A stretch of DNA of 64,000 bases from Candidatus Saccharimonadota bacterium (GTDB lineage Bacteria; Patescibacteriota; Saccharimonadia; Saccharimonadales; UBA4665): assembly GCA_029288365.1 (NCBI GenBank), contig JARIHI010000007.1, forward strand, positions 38,464-102,463. The letters are read 5' to 3'. Positions 45,718 to 55,368 of the stretch are shown in pieces. The position numbers were made by a program, and so were the translations under genes. The notes below the pieces were generated by a model. That model did not search any database. It was not told the origin of the DNA and worked only from the letters and a program-made list of their open reading frames with translations. The stretch's first letter is position 1. Each line of letters begins with the position of its first letter.

Positions 45718-46941
45718 TTATCTGTTATGCAATCTCTGACTCTGCGTGAGTACCTGTAACCCCCGAAGTATTGCTGCCTCTTTGAGAGAAACTTTGTAAC
45801 GTTGAGAAATTTTTAAGACGCTTTGAGCGGCTTTACTGAGGTATTTATACAGTTCTTTGTTCACCTTTTCCTCTGGCCACTGTTTGCCACTGCGATTTTG
45901 TGTCCATTCTAAGTAGCTGACAATAACACCGCCGGCATTCGCCAATATATCCGGTACCACTGTTATGTCGGCTTTTTCAAGGATTTCTCCTGCTGTATCG
46001 CTCACCGGCCCATTCGCAAGCTCTAAGACGTATTTTGCTTTAATTGTATGGGCGTTTTCTTCGGTAATAACGTTGCCAAGCGCCGCTAGCACCAACACAT
46101 CTACATCTTGCCCTAACAGTTCAGAGTTAGTAATTTTCTGAGCTTCCCCAGCGTAATTTGCAAATCTGCCGCGTTTTGCTTTTAAGTCAGCCAGTTCTTG
46201 TGCTGGTAAGCCGTTTTTGCTTACTAAAGCTGTAGCTGAATCACTTGCAGCTACCATCTGCCAGTTTGGATGATCTTTTAATGCTACAGTAGCGAAAAAT
46301 GATCCGACATTACCAAACCCCTGAACCGCATATGTTAGCGGTTTCTCAAGCTTTCCTTGGGCTTTTAGAAGCTCTGCGAGCACTATTACACCTCCGCGGC
46401 CAGTCGCCGCATCACGCCCCTTGCTTCCACCCTTTTCGATGCTTTTACCGGTAAAACTGGCTTTGGTGGTATCACCGGTCAGGCGTTCATATTCATCAAC
46501 CATCCAATCAATAATCGCTGGATTAGTGTTAACATCTGGCGCCGGTACATCCTTGTCCGGACCAATGTGGCTTTCGAGATGACGTACATATTTGCGGCTG
46601 ACTTCTTCAAGCTGCTCGGGATTAAGCTGTCGTGGATCTACTGCCACACCGCCCTTGCCACCGCCAAGTGGCAGCCCAACCGCTGCGGTCTTAAAACTCA
46701 TAAGCGTGGCAAGTGCCCGTACTTCATCCAAGTCTACTTCTGGATGAAAACGGATACCACCCTTGTACGGCCCCCGCTTGTTGTTGTGCTGCACGCGATA
46801 AGCTTTAAATGTTTGGCCGTCAGCAAGAGTTATTTTAAACTCATGCTCAGCATTTGCCCGAACAATCGCCTCAATAGCTTCATCATCAAGCCCCAGTTTT
46901 TTGCCTGCTTGGCGTATAAGTTTTTGCGTAGTTTGCAGCAC
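45718..46941 (-). CDS. gdh: Glu/Leu/Phe/Val-family amino-acid dehydrogenase (glutamate dehydrogenase-like)
   Basis: YKGGIRFHPEVDLDEVRALATLMSFKTAAVGLPLGGGKGG (catalytic Lys region) and a Rossmann GFGNVG. Confidence 0.85.
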   Translation of the reverse strand: MLQTTQKLIRQAGKKLGLDDEAIEAIVRANAEHEFKITLADGQTFKAYRVQHNNKRGPYKGGIRFHPEVDLDEVRALATLMSFKTAAVGLPLGGGKGGVAVDPRQLNPEQLEEVSRKYVRHLESHIGPDKDVPAPDVNTNPAIIDWMVDEYERLTGDTTKASFTGKSIEKGGSKGRDAATGRGGVIVLAELLKAQGKLEKPLTYAVQGFGNVGSFFATVALKDHPNWQMVAASDSATALVSKNGLPAQELADLKAKRGRFANYAGEAQKITNSELLGQDVDVLVLAALGNVITEENAHTIKAKYVLELANGPVSDTAGEILEKADITVVPDILANAGGVIVSYLEWTQNRSGKQWPEEKVNKELYKYLSKAAQSVLKISQRYKVSLKEAAILRGLQVLTQSQRLHNR

Positions 46942-47007
46942 GAATACCCCGCTTTCTCCGTCTATTGTACGCCTGAGAAAGCCTAGGCATCAAAGTATTT
47001 ATAACAA

Positions 47008-47697
47008 TTATGCTTGCAGGGATTTCGCTATATCCTCGGCTGTTTTTTCTCTTATATCTATGGCTATTTCGATAGAAAAATCACCGACTTTGGTGCGGCG
47101 AAGGTCAGACATATATGCACCAGTGCTGAGTTTTTTAGCAGTATCTTCTACGAGCGAACGGATATAGGTACCGCTTGATACCTCAGCTGTGAATTTGACA
47201 TATGGGTGGCTATAATCTGCTAATTCGATCTGTGAAATATATATGGGACGGGCTTCTAGCTGCACCTCTTTGCCAGCGCGCGCTAATTTATATGCCCGCT
47301 GACCGTTAATTTTCATTGCCGAAAACGCCGGTGGCACTTGCATAGATTTGCCCAAAAAACTTTCCAGAGCGTGTTCTATTTCCGAACTTTTAAACTTTTT
47401 GGTCGGTATTTCCGTTTTTTCGCCTTCTTCGTCTCCTGTTGTGCTGGCTTCGCCCAATTTCATTGTTACTTCATACGTTTTGTTGACTTTGGCTAGTTCT
47501 GTAGCTTTTTTTGTATATTCCTTGCTCACAAGTAACACTAGTAACCCTGTGGCCATCGGATCTAGGGTGCCGGTATGTCCCACTTTGATGTTTTTTGGTT
47601 TTTTCCCAAGCTCTGTAGCTACAATTTTGCGAACATAATTAACTACGTCAAAGCTTGTCCACCCTTTTGGTTTGTCAACACACAGTATGCCTTGCAT
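47008..47697 (-). CDS. truB: tRNA pseudouridine-55 synthase
   Basis: GHTGTLDPMATGLLVLL contains the catalytic Asp motif. 229 aa. Confidence 0.9.
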   Translation of the reverse strand: MQGILCVDKPKGWTSFDVVNYVRKIVATELGKKPKNIKVGHTGTLDPMATGLLVLLVSKEYTKKATELAKVNKTYEVTMKLGEASTTGDEEGEKTEIPTKKFKSSEIEHALESFLGKSMQVPPAFSAMKINGQRAYKLARAGKEVQLEARPIYISQIELADYSHPYVKFTAEVSSGTYIRSLVEDTAKKLSTGAYMSDLRRTKVGDFSIEIAIDIREKTAEDIAKSLQA

Positions 47698-47699
47698 GG

Positions 47700-49409
47700 T
47701 TATTGAGGAGGAAATGGAGGAATAATCGGTGGCGGCGCTGAAGGAGCGGCATTAGATTGGTCAGTTTGTTGATCGTCCTGAGTAGGTGGTGGCACGGGAG
47801 TGCCAGGCAACGGCATAGTCATGGGCTGATCAGCAGTAGGTGATAAAGGAGGGTTGGGAGGCTGAGGAGGTACAAGTTGGTTATTCACGATAGGCTGCTG
47901 CGGTGCTTGTGGTACCGAAGGTGCATGTAACGGCTCCCCAAGAGGTTTAGCGTTCAAGGCAGTTATCGGATCAAGTGGTGTTTGCGTATCGGCCATCGCC
48001 GCCTCAACTGCATCCCGGGCAGCATCAACTGAACCTGCAGAGGCAGGCTCATCAATACCTTCAGGTCGTTGTAAGTCTTCTAAATTAAGTTCTTCTGGAT
48101 TATTTTTAGGTGTGTCTGGTGCTGGCTGATCTGAAGGAGTGATTACGGAAGGCCGTGGAGATTCATTGTCATTGGCATGGAGATGAGGACTATTGACTTC
48201 TTGTTCAATGTCAGTGAGCGTATCGTGTGAATGATCACGTTGAGACGCAGCAGGAGACGGTACATCGTGATGCAGTATCGGTTCGGTTGCATCAACGGGC
48301 GGTAGCGTTAAAGGATCTACGAATGGCTCTTGTGCGCCTGCCAAGTTAGGATCTGTATCGCTGCTAAACGGTGGCGGGCTGACCGCAGTTCGCGGATTTT
48401 TATAGTGCGGGGTCTGCTCTTCGAGGATGCCTGTTTGTTTTGCTGACGAAATTTTGGGCTCTTCGGATTCTCCAAGCTTTTTGGCCTTTTCAGGCTGCGA
48501 ATCTTTTTCAGGAGAAAGTTGTTCTGCTTGTCTTTCTTCGCCAGATGGTTGCGGCTCGTCATGCTCATCATCGGCATCGTGGTTAATTTCCAGAGTGCCG
48601 TCATCATTGACGCGAGCGCTTGCTTCAGGCGCTTCGCTTGTATCACCGGAGGTATCTTTTACCTGGGGTGATTCTTGTAGTTTATTGGCGACCAGCTGCT
48701 GGTTAGCGCCGGCAGCTATAAGGCTAGCACTGATACTCATGGTATCCGCACTTGTTTTTTCATTGCTAAACCGGCCCGTTTCAGCAACTATACCCGTCAG
48801 AAGCGCGGTAGCAATTTGCTGATCAAACACATCCTTTGACAACGCAAGTCCAAGCACCGCTGCCATCTCAGAAAGGCTGCTTGCAGCCGTGTCAATCCAG
48901 TGAATACTACCAAGTTCTCCGCCTTGCTCTTGGTTGTTAACGGTAACGACCGTGGCATCATGCAAAATCCGACCATGTGCTGTCACCGCCTGATCAAGTT
49001 CTTTTTGATCCTGCACGCCAATGGCAAGCACAACATCAACATTAAAGTCTCCTTGGCTAAATTCAAGGTCATTGTCTGAAATACTGGTACGATACGGTGT
49101 AATAAAAATACGTACTAGTTTGTCTTCTACCTTGTAGCGCAGTTTATCGGCTTTAGACTTATCAAGGCTAATAATGAAATCACGCAAACTGTCGGTATTT
49201 TTTTCAATCGTTTCCTCGGGCTGCAAAAACTCAATCGTTGAAGGCACATTACCACTGAATACAGCTGTGGCGTGCTTACCAAGCTTATTGAGGGCCAGGC
49301 TTAGTCCAATACACGCAGCCAACTGATCAACGGATGGATCGTTACTCACGGTGACGAGGACATTGTTCGCCTGCTTCAATCGGTCTATGACTTGTTTTTG
49401 AGTATCCAT
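47700..49409 (-). CDS. DHH-family-like protein with degenerate motifs and a long Pro-rich disordered tail
   Basis: The N-terminal roughly 240 aa align by eye with the NrnA/DHH layout, but motif I reads SNDPSVDQLAA instead of H..PD.D..GS. The C-terminal roughly 300 aa are Pro/Gln/Asp/Glu-rich. Confidence 0.55.
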   Translation of the reverse strand: MDTQKQVIDRLKQANNVLVTVSNDPSVDQLAACIGLSLALNKLGKHATAVFSGNVPSTIEFLQPEETIEKNTDSLRDFIISLDKSKADKLRYKVEDKLVRIFITPYRTSISDNDLEFSQGDFNVDVVLAIGVQDQKELDQAVTAHGRILHDATVVTVNNQEQGGELGSIHWIDTAASSLSEMAAVLGLALSKDVFDQQIATALLTGIVAETGRFSNEKTSADTMSISASLIAAGANQQLVANKLQESPQVKDTSGDTSEAPEASARVNDDGTLEINHDADDEHDEPQPSGEERQAEQLSPEKDSQPEKAKKLGESEEPKISSAKQTGILEEQTPHYKNPRTAVSPPPFSSDTDPNLAGAQEPFVDPLTLPPVDATEPILHHDVPSPAASQRDHSHDTLTDIEQEVNSPHLHANDNESPRPSVITPSDQPAPDTPKNNPEELNLEDLQRPEGIDEPASAGSVDAARDAVEAAMADTQTPLDPITALNAKPLGEPLHAPSVPQAPQQPIVNNQLVPPQPPNPPLSPTADQPMTMPLPGTPVPPPTQDDQQTDQSNAAPSAPPPIIPPFPPQ

Positions 49410-49481
49410 GTTTTTATTTTATACCTTTATCGCCAGCCTACCATAAACCATAAGCATTTGCAAAGTGTTTTCCACTTATAC

Positions 49482-49510
49482 TTTACAAACAAGGGTCAGT
49501 CTAGTATAGT
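49482..49510 (+). promoter_or_regulatory. Candidate sigma-70 promoter of rpsT
   Basis: TTTACA (49482-87), a 17-nt spacer, and TATAGT (49505-10), about 40 nt upstream of the rpsT ATG. Confidence 0.4.
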
Positions 49511-49550
49511 CTCCTTTGATAAAACCATAAACTAAAAGGAAATTAATTTA

Positions 49551-49901
49551 ATGCCTATTATCAAATCAGCAAAAAAGCGCGTGCGCGTGGCTAAAAAAGC
49601 CTCCGTACGTAATAGTAAAACCAAGCGCTCACTAAAGACCGCTGTAAAGGCTTTCCATGCTAGCTTAACCGGTGGCAAAAAGACCAGCGAAAAGCTTAGC
49701 AAAGCTCAAAGTGAGGTCGATAAAGCTGCTAAGAAAAAGGTAATCCATAAAAATAAAGCAGCCCGCAAAAAGAGCCAACTTGCTAAAGCTGCAAAAGCTG
49801 CCGGCGTTAAGCCAGCCGCTAAAAAAGCTGCAGCCAAGAAGCCTACAGCTAAAAAAGCTCCCGCTAAAAAACCAGCCACAAAGAAAACTACGAAAAAATA
49901 A
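49551..49901 (+). CDS. rpsT: 30S ribosomal protein S20 with a Lys/Ala-rich C-terminal extension
   Basis: MPIIKSAKKRVRVAKKASVRNSKTKRSLKTAVKAF. The tail is AKAAKAAGVKPAAKKAAAKKPTAKKAPAKKPATKKTTKK. Confidence 0.85.
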   Translation: MPIIKSAKKRVRVAKKASVRNSKTKRSLKTAVKAFHASLTGGKKTSEKLSKAQSEVDKAAKKKVIHKNKAARKKSQLAKAAKAAGVKPAAKKAAAKKPTAKKAPAKKPATKKTTKK

Positions 49902-50002
49902 AGTTCCTCACTAAGAGAGCCTACCGACTCTACGCAGGGTCAGTTTTTTCAATTCACCTTAAGATTAAGGATGGCATTTTTTAAGGTAGCGATAGCAGCA
50001 AC

Positions 50003-50914
50003 TTAGGAGATTCTTAAAATATAACTTTGTAAAGCTTCGTCAAGGTCAATTGATTCGCGCTTGCTGCGGGCATCGATTTTTATAAGATCATACACAAGTT
50101 CTTTTAGGCGTTGAAGTGTCAAGTGGCTGGCAATTGCTTTGGCTTTGCTAGCACTGTAGGGGCTTATTTTGGCTTCGTGAACAATGTCGTGTTTTGTCCC
50201 AGCTGTTTTGGCTAAAGACACTTGACGAAGCTGCCAGCCTATCATGGCTAGAATTTCTTGGGGTTCTACTTTCATGTTGCGCTGTTCTTTATATAGTAGT
50301 AAAGCTTTTTTGGTGTTGCCATCAAATGCTGCATCGAGCAAGTCAAAGATTTTGCTCTGCGGCGTTGGTTCAGTCAAGCTATCAATGGTATCGCGAATAA
50401 TTTTTTTATCCACTAATATAAGTTTCTTGATTTCATTGCTTAGATGCTGCTGGTTTGTACCCAGTCTTTCAACTAAATAATTGGCGTCACTTATGGACAA
50501 CTCGGCATCCTGCTCTTTCGCAAAATCCACGGCCCAATTCGCTAAACTCGGTCCGTCGAGCTCGGCAAAATCTTTGAATTCGGTGTGCTTTTTGAGCCAC
50601 TTATAATAGCTTGTACGTTTATCGAGTTTTGGTTCTACCAGCACAATATCGGTGACTTCCGAAATATCAGCAAGCAGCGCTTCGGCCTGTTCTATAAACT
50701 GTTTATTCGCACTGGGGCTATACAGAATAACAAGCTTCTTGCTAGCTAAAAAAGGGAGGCTTTGCACAGCTTCAGCAATTCGCTCGTAGGTACTTTCTTC
50801 ACAATCCAGTCGCTCCAGGGCCATATCGCCATGCATAACAACAAATGAAGTAATGAGCTTATCTAATTCAGTGTGCACCAAGAAACTATTTGATCCAGCC
50901 AGCACAGTAACCAT
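50003..50914 (-). CDS. holA: DNA polymerase III delta subunit
   Basis: 303 aa. The N-terminal fold is clamp-loader-like without a Walker A. Size and layout are typical of HolA. Assignment made by eye. Confidence 0.65.
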   Translation of the reverse strand: MVTVLAGSNSFLVHTELDKLITSFVVMHGDMALERLDCEESTYERIAEAVQSLPFLASKKLVILYSPSANKQFIEQAEALLADISEVTDIVLVEPKLDKRTSYYKWLKKHTEFKDFAELDGPSLANWAVDFAKEQDAELSISDANYLVERLGTNQQHLSNEIKKLILVDKKIIRDTIDSLTEPTPQSKIFDLLDAAFDGNTKKALLLYKEQRNMKVEPQEILAMIGWQLRQVSLAKTAGTKHDIVHEAKISPYSASKAKAIASHLTLQRLKELVYDLIKIDARSKRESIDLDEALQSYILRIS

Positions 50915-50938
50915 GTTCTTAGTATACGTGACTTGCGA

Positions 50939-53900
50939 TTAGCTACATATATCTGTCGTCGTAGTGAACGGCTGCAAGACGTTATTATAAAACCAAGCGC
51001 CATGACGCAAACGCTTATCCGGAGGAGCGGTGAGCGGCTTGGTGTCAATAGTAAGACTACTCACTTTTGCGTTGTTGGTGTTAAGCGCATCGCGAAACGT
51101 GCCAATTTGATTATCGTCAAGGGTTACAAGTATTTGCATGTAGTGGCCCGCTCCTGACTCAGAACAGCTATAGCCATCGGCTATATTTTTCGTAGACCCA
51201 AACACGCCATCATCTCCCGCCAGGCGGTAAGATATGCTTCTGGTGCCACCAGGAAGTGTGCCTGTATAAGCAATATTGGTAACGTTACTTGGAATACTAA
51301 AATCAATGACCTTCGAATATCGAGAGGTTCTTGGCATAGAGTTAATAGGAGCGTATTGGGTAGTATTGTAATAACTGCCATCATACCCACCCATGACGTA
51401 CATATAGCCGTTGTAGATTGTGAAGCCATGTGCCTCGCGGGCCGTCGTAAAACCTGTGGTGGACTGCCACTGCCCTAATGTACCGTTGGTATTAATGGGA
51501 GCATACTCGGTACTATTAAGCTCAGCGCTGCCATCATACCCTCCTGAAACATAGAGATATCCATTGTAAACAGCCGCAGCATGGGTATACCGGGCGCTCC
51601 TTAGAAAAGTTGTATTAGTCCAGCTCCCGATGGTGCCGTTGCTATTGATGGGAGCGTATTGGACTGTAGCTACATATGTAGACGCGAAACCTCCGATGAC
51701 GTACATGTAACCGTTGTAGGCGACGGCGGCATGATAATAAGTGCCTGTTGAATAAGCAGTAGTAGAAGTCCAACTACCAATCGTGCCATCACTGTTTATA
51801 GGGGCATAATAAATGGAGCTGAGCCTCCCGCCTGCACTATACCCACCCATGACGTACATGTAACCGTTGTAGGCGACGGCGGCATGACTTGCCCGGGCTG
51901 TGGTAAAACTAGTTGTAGCAGTCCAGCTCCCGATGGTGCCGTTGCTATTGATGGGAGCGTATTGGACATCATCGTAATAGCCGCCATCGTACCCACCCAT
52001 GACGTACATGTAGCCGTTGTAGGCAACGGCAACGAGACCGTAGCGTGGTGTTGAGAAGCTTGTGGTTGCCGCCCACGTACCTAAACTTCCGTTGCTATTG
52101 ATGGGAGCGTATTGGACATCATTACACTCATCGTCTGAGCCAGAAGTACGACACGCTGTGCTTGCAGAGCCTTTTAGCCCGCCCAGTATGTACATGTAGC
52201 CGTTGTAGGCTACTCTACCGGAGTAAGATCGGGCAGTTGTAAAAGCATTGCTAGCTGTCCAAGAACCAACGCTACCAAGGCCTCCATTATTAATTTGAGT
52301 ATACTCTGTGGTGGCCAAATAACCTCCACCGAAACCGCCAAGCGTATAAATATATCCGCCGTATACTACCGAGCTATGGGCCGAACGCGCTGTCACTAGT
52401 GTGGACGTTGTGCTCCATGTGCCAGTACTCCCGTCAGAATTTATAGGAGCGTATTGGAAATCATTTGTCTGGCTACCCGTATTGCCGCCCATGATATACA
52501 TGTAGCCGTTTTGGGCAGCTGCGGTTAGTGAGTCGCGGGCCGTAGAAAAATATGTAGTGGTTGTCCACGTGCCCACTGCACCTGTGCTTGGATCCAGGGC
52601 AGCGTATTGGACATCATTACATATTGCAGCAGAGCCAGAATCCCTACAAGCAGTGCTACTAGTACCTTTTGTGCCTCCGATTACATAAATATACCCACCA
52701 TATACCACTGAAGCATGATCTAGACGAGCCGTTGTGAAAGCTGTCGTAGCAGTCCAAGTACCTATAACACCAGTAGAGGTATTGATTGAAGCGTAACTAA
52801 CCGTATTAGCTGCACTACCCGTATTACCTCCGAGCACATACACGTAGCCGTTATATACAACTGCCGAATGTTCTCGTCGCGCAGTGCCAAGCGCCGTGTT
52901 AGCGCCCCATGTGCCTAAAGCGCCTGTACTAGCATTGATGGTCGCAGACTGAACACTTGTAAGATTGCTGCTGCCGTCATTACCACCAAGGATGTACATA
53001 TAGCCGTTGTAGGCAACGGCGGCAATGCCATAGCGCGGTGTAGTAAAGTATGTCCCTGTTGTCCACGAGCCAATCGTGCCATTAGCATTGATCGGAGCGT
53101 ACTGCGTATCATTACAATAAAGTGCTGACCCTGAATTGCGACATGCTGTATTACTGGAGCCTTTGCGTCCAGCCATAGTATATAGATAGCCGTTGTAGGC
53201 AACGGCTGCTCCACGCTCCCGCCCCGTGGTAAAAGATGTAGTGGAGGCTCCTGCTGTGGTATATCCTGGCGGATTGATTGCTGCATAACGAATTTGGTTT
53301 GTTTCGCCACTACCGGTCTGTCCACCGAAATAGTAAAAATAGCCGTTGTAGGCAACGCTCGCGCCAAAATACCGGGCGGTCGGTAGCGCAGTAGTAGTTG
53401 TCCACGTGCCGAGCGAGCCGTTGGCATTAATGGGCGCGTATTGGACATCACTTAAAAGAGCATCGGGGGTTGGCCAGCCATATCCCCCGCCAACATAGAT
53501 ATAGCCGTTATACACAGAAGCGCTTAAGCCGGATCTTTCATTTGTGAAACCCGAGGTACTTATCCACGAACCAATTGTGCCGTTGGCATTAATGGGCGCG
53601 TATTGGACGTTATTACTCCAATCTCCACCAATAACATATATGTAGCCGTTGTAGGCGACTGAAGCAAGCCCTGAGTCTACCTGAGTTAGTACCGTAGTAT
53701 TTTGCCACGTGCCGAGCGAGCCGTTGGCATTAATGGGCGCGTATTGGACGTTATCAAGGTATGTATCGCCGGTAGTTTGCCCACCCAGTATATACATATA
53801 GCCGTTATAAGTTACCGTTCCTTGCCAGGCACGGATTGTACTAAATGTAGAGGTAGACGTCCAAGAACCGCCCAAGCTGCCGTCACTAGTGTTTATCGGT

Positions 53901-55318
53901 GTATAATAGACGCTATTAAGGTACGTGGAGCCGCTAGAATAATACCCTCCAACGACATACATATAACCGTTGTATACAACCGCCGAATGTCCTCTCATAG
54001 TACTTGGTAAGTTTGTAGCCGCTGTCCAGGTTCCGAGTGCTCCAGTACTAGTATTTATGGAGGCATAGTACACCGTGTTAAGATCTGAGCTACCGCTATA
54101 CCCACCCATGACGTACATGTAACCGTTGTAGGCAACTGAAGCGAGGAACATCCGGTTTGTGCTTGTCGGTAAGGTACCGTTACTATAACTGCCAAGGCTT
54201 CCTCCTGTTACAGTACCTCTATTCAGGTCACCGCTGCTCACAGATAAATTATTGTCCTCCATATTACCTGTTTGGAAATCACTGCTACTGTCTACGGTAA
54301 CCGTCGGATCGATACTGAGTGGGTATTCTGCTTTATCCAAACCTTTCGTGACAACTCGTAGCGTATCGCCGTTTAATTGGAAGTGACTATCTACCGGAGC
54401 TACTGACTTCTGGTTTATACCACCTGTGCCAAGTACTATCGGAGCAGGAATTTTAAACGTCAGATACGTTTTTTTAGAATTATTACGCGCGGCCTCTACG
54501 CGCGCCTGATCATCACTAGAGCCATAGCTGATGTTCCCAAACAATGCCGGGTCGGCAGAGTATATACCGATCTCACCGGTTTGGGGTATGAGCCGCGCTT
54601 CCAAACTCTTTGGCAAGTCCAGCTTATAGTCCATTACAAAACTATTTCCCGGACTTTCATAAAGCACTACATTTTCTTTTAATCCACTCGCATCTGTGGT
54701 GTAAGCTAGCTGCCCTTTTGTCCCGTTAAGCGGATATATCAAGTGCCCATCTTTTTGTTCGCCAGGCATAGTATTGAATTGAGGCACTAACTTAAAGCTC
54801 AGCTGCATTTGATTGTCATAATATGTCACGCCTTTGGACAAATCTTTAGCAATATCGACACTATAGAGTTGGTTATCGTCCTCCCCGCCACCGCCTACTT
54901 GTGATTTGAGTTTTTCTAAGGGATTACCATCAGTAATCGGTGTCTTTTTACCGTCTTTGTTGAATTGATATAGCTGATTCTGATCATCGTAGGTTAGCTT
55001 TTTTACCAAATCTTTATCCGCAGTGCCTAATAATTGCTGAGCTTGAGCGTTTAGTTCATAGCGTTTGCCTTGCAAGTAAGGCTGCAAGACTGGAATAGCC
55101 ACTCCCGCTACGATTAGTATGGATAGTACCGCTGCTGTAATGCGATAGTGATGATGTACAAAACGGTGTACTGGCCTAACAAGGGGACGCAGGAATTTTA
55201 CCCGATATATTACACGAAAAAACTTGGTAAAACTCAGCTTTATACTACGGTCAAAACGTTGTAAGGTTTTTCTCGCCCGTCGCAATCCCCTGCTTAGCAC
55301 CCTCTTTATTTTCGTCAT
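50939..55318 (-). CDS. Giant membrane-anchored Kelch-repeat protein (18 blades)
   Basis: Start set at MTKIKRV (55318) to avoid overlap with mutM. TM helix ITAAVLSILIVAGVAIPVL. There are 18 copies of the (V/A)xYNGY(M/I/L)Y(V/I)xGG blade motif, each followed by QYAPIN..G..G.W. Confidence 0.8.
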   Translation of the reverse strand: MTKIKRVLSRGLRRARKTLQRFDRSIKLSFTKFFRVIYRVKFLRPLVRPVHRFVHHHYRITAAVLSILIVAGVAIPVLQPYLQGKRYELNAQAQQLLGTADKDLVKKLTYDDQNQLYQFNKDGKKTPITDGNPLEKLKSQVGGGGEDDNQLYSVDIAKDLSKGVTYYDNQMQLSFKLVPQFNTMPGEQKDGHLIYPLNGTKGQLAYTTDASGLKENVVLYESPGNSFVMDYKLDLPKSLEARLIPQTGEIGIYSADPALFGNISYGSSDDQARVEAARNNSKKTYLTFKIPAPIVLGTGGINQKSVAPVDSHFQLNGDTLRVVTKGLDKAEYPLSIDPTVTVDSSSDFQTGNMEDNNLSVSSGDLNRGTVTGGSLGSYSNGTLPTSTNRMFLASVAYNGYMYVMGGYSGSSDLNTVYYASINTSTGALGTWTAATNLPSTMRGHSAVVYNGYMYVVGGYYSSGSTYLNSVYYTPINTSDGSLGGSWTSTSTFSTIRAWQGTVTYNGYMYILGGQTTGDTYLDNVQYAPINANGSLGTWQNTTVLTQVDSGLASVAYNGYIYVIGGDWSNNVQYAPINANGTIGSWISTSGFTNERSGLSASVYNGYIYVGGGYGWPTPDALLSDVQYAPINANGSLGTWTTTTALPTARYFGASVAYNGYFYYFGGQTGSGETNQIRYAAINPPGYTTAGASTTSFTTGRERGAAVAYNGYLYTMAGRKGSSNTACRNSGSALYCNDTQYAPINANGTIGSWTTGTYFTTPRYGIAAVAYNGYMYILGGNDGSSNLTSVQSATINASTGALGTWGANTALGTARREHSAVVYNGYVYVLGGNTGSAANTVSYASINTSTGVIGTWTATTAFTTARLDHASVVYGGYIYVIGGTKGTSSTACRDSGSAAICNDVQYAALDPSTGAVGTWTTTTYFSTARDSLTAAAQNGYMYIMGGNTGSQTNDFQYAPINSDGSTGTWSTTSTLVTARSAHSSVVYGGYIYTLGGFGGGYLATTEYTQINNGGLGSVGSWTASNAFTTARSYSGRVAYNGYMYILGGLKGSASTACRTSGSDDECNDVQYAPINSNGSLGTWAATTSFSTPRYGLVAVAYNGYMYVMGGYDGGYYDDVQYAPINSNGTIGSWTATTSFTTARASHAAVAYNGYMYVMGGYSAGGRLSSIYYAPINSDGTIGSWTSTTAYSTGTYYHAAVAYNGYMYVIGGFASTYVATVQYAPINSNGTIGSWTNTTFLRSARYTHAAAVYNGYLYVSGGYDGSAELNSTEYAPINTNGTLGQWQSTTGFTTAREAHGFTIYNGYMYVMGGYDGSYYNTTQYAPINSMPRTSRYSKVIDFSIPSNVTNIAYTGTLPGGTRSISYRLAGDDGVFGSTKNIADGYSCSESGAGHYMQILVTLDDNQIGTFRDALNTNNAKVSSLTIDTKPLTAPPDKRLRHGAWFYNNVLQPFTTTTDICS

Positions 55319-55368
55319 AGCATTCCGTTTATGGTTCTCTTGAGAAGTATTATAACACTTTTCAGGAA

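Noticed and set aside
48317-48822. Alternative-frame ORFs (109 aa minus strand, 131 aa plus strand) inside the Pro-rich tail of the DHH-like gene
   Set aside because: Low-complexity coding DNA commonly leaves other frames open. Neither ORF has a start context, and the main frame is continuous with the N-terminal domain.
51300-54200. Regularly spaced near-identical DNA repeats, which could be mistaken for a CRISPR-like or satellite array
   Set aside because: The periodicity is that of the Kelch blades (about 150-170 nt). The repeats are in frame within one long ORF, and the 'spacers' are themselves homologous. This is a coding repeat, not a CRISPR array. The alternative-frame ORFs there (51181, 51796, 52915 minus; 53702 plus) are artefacts.
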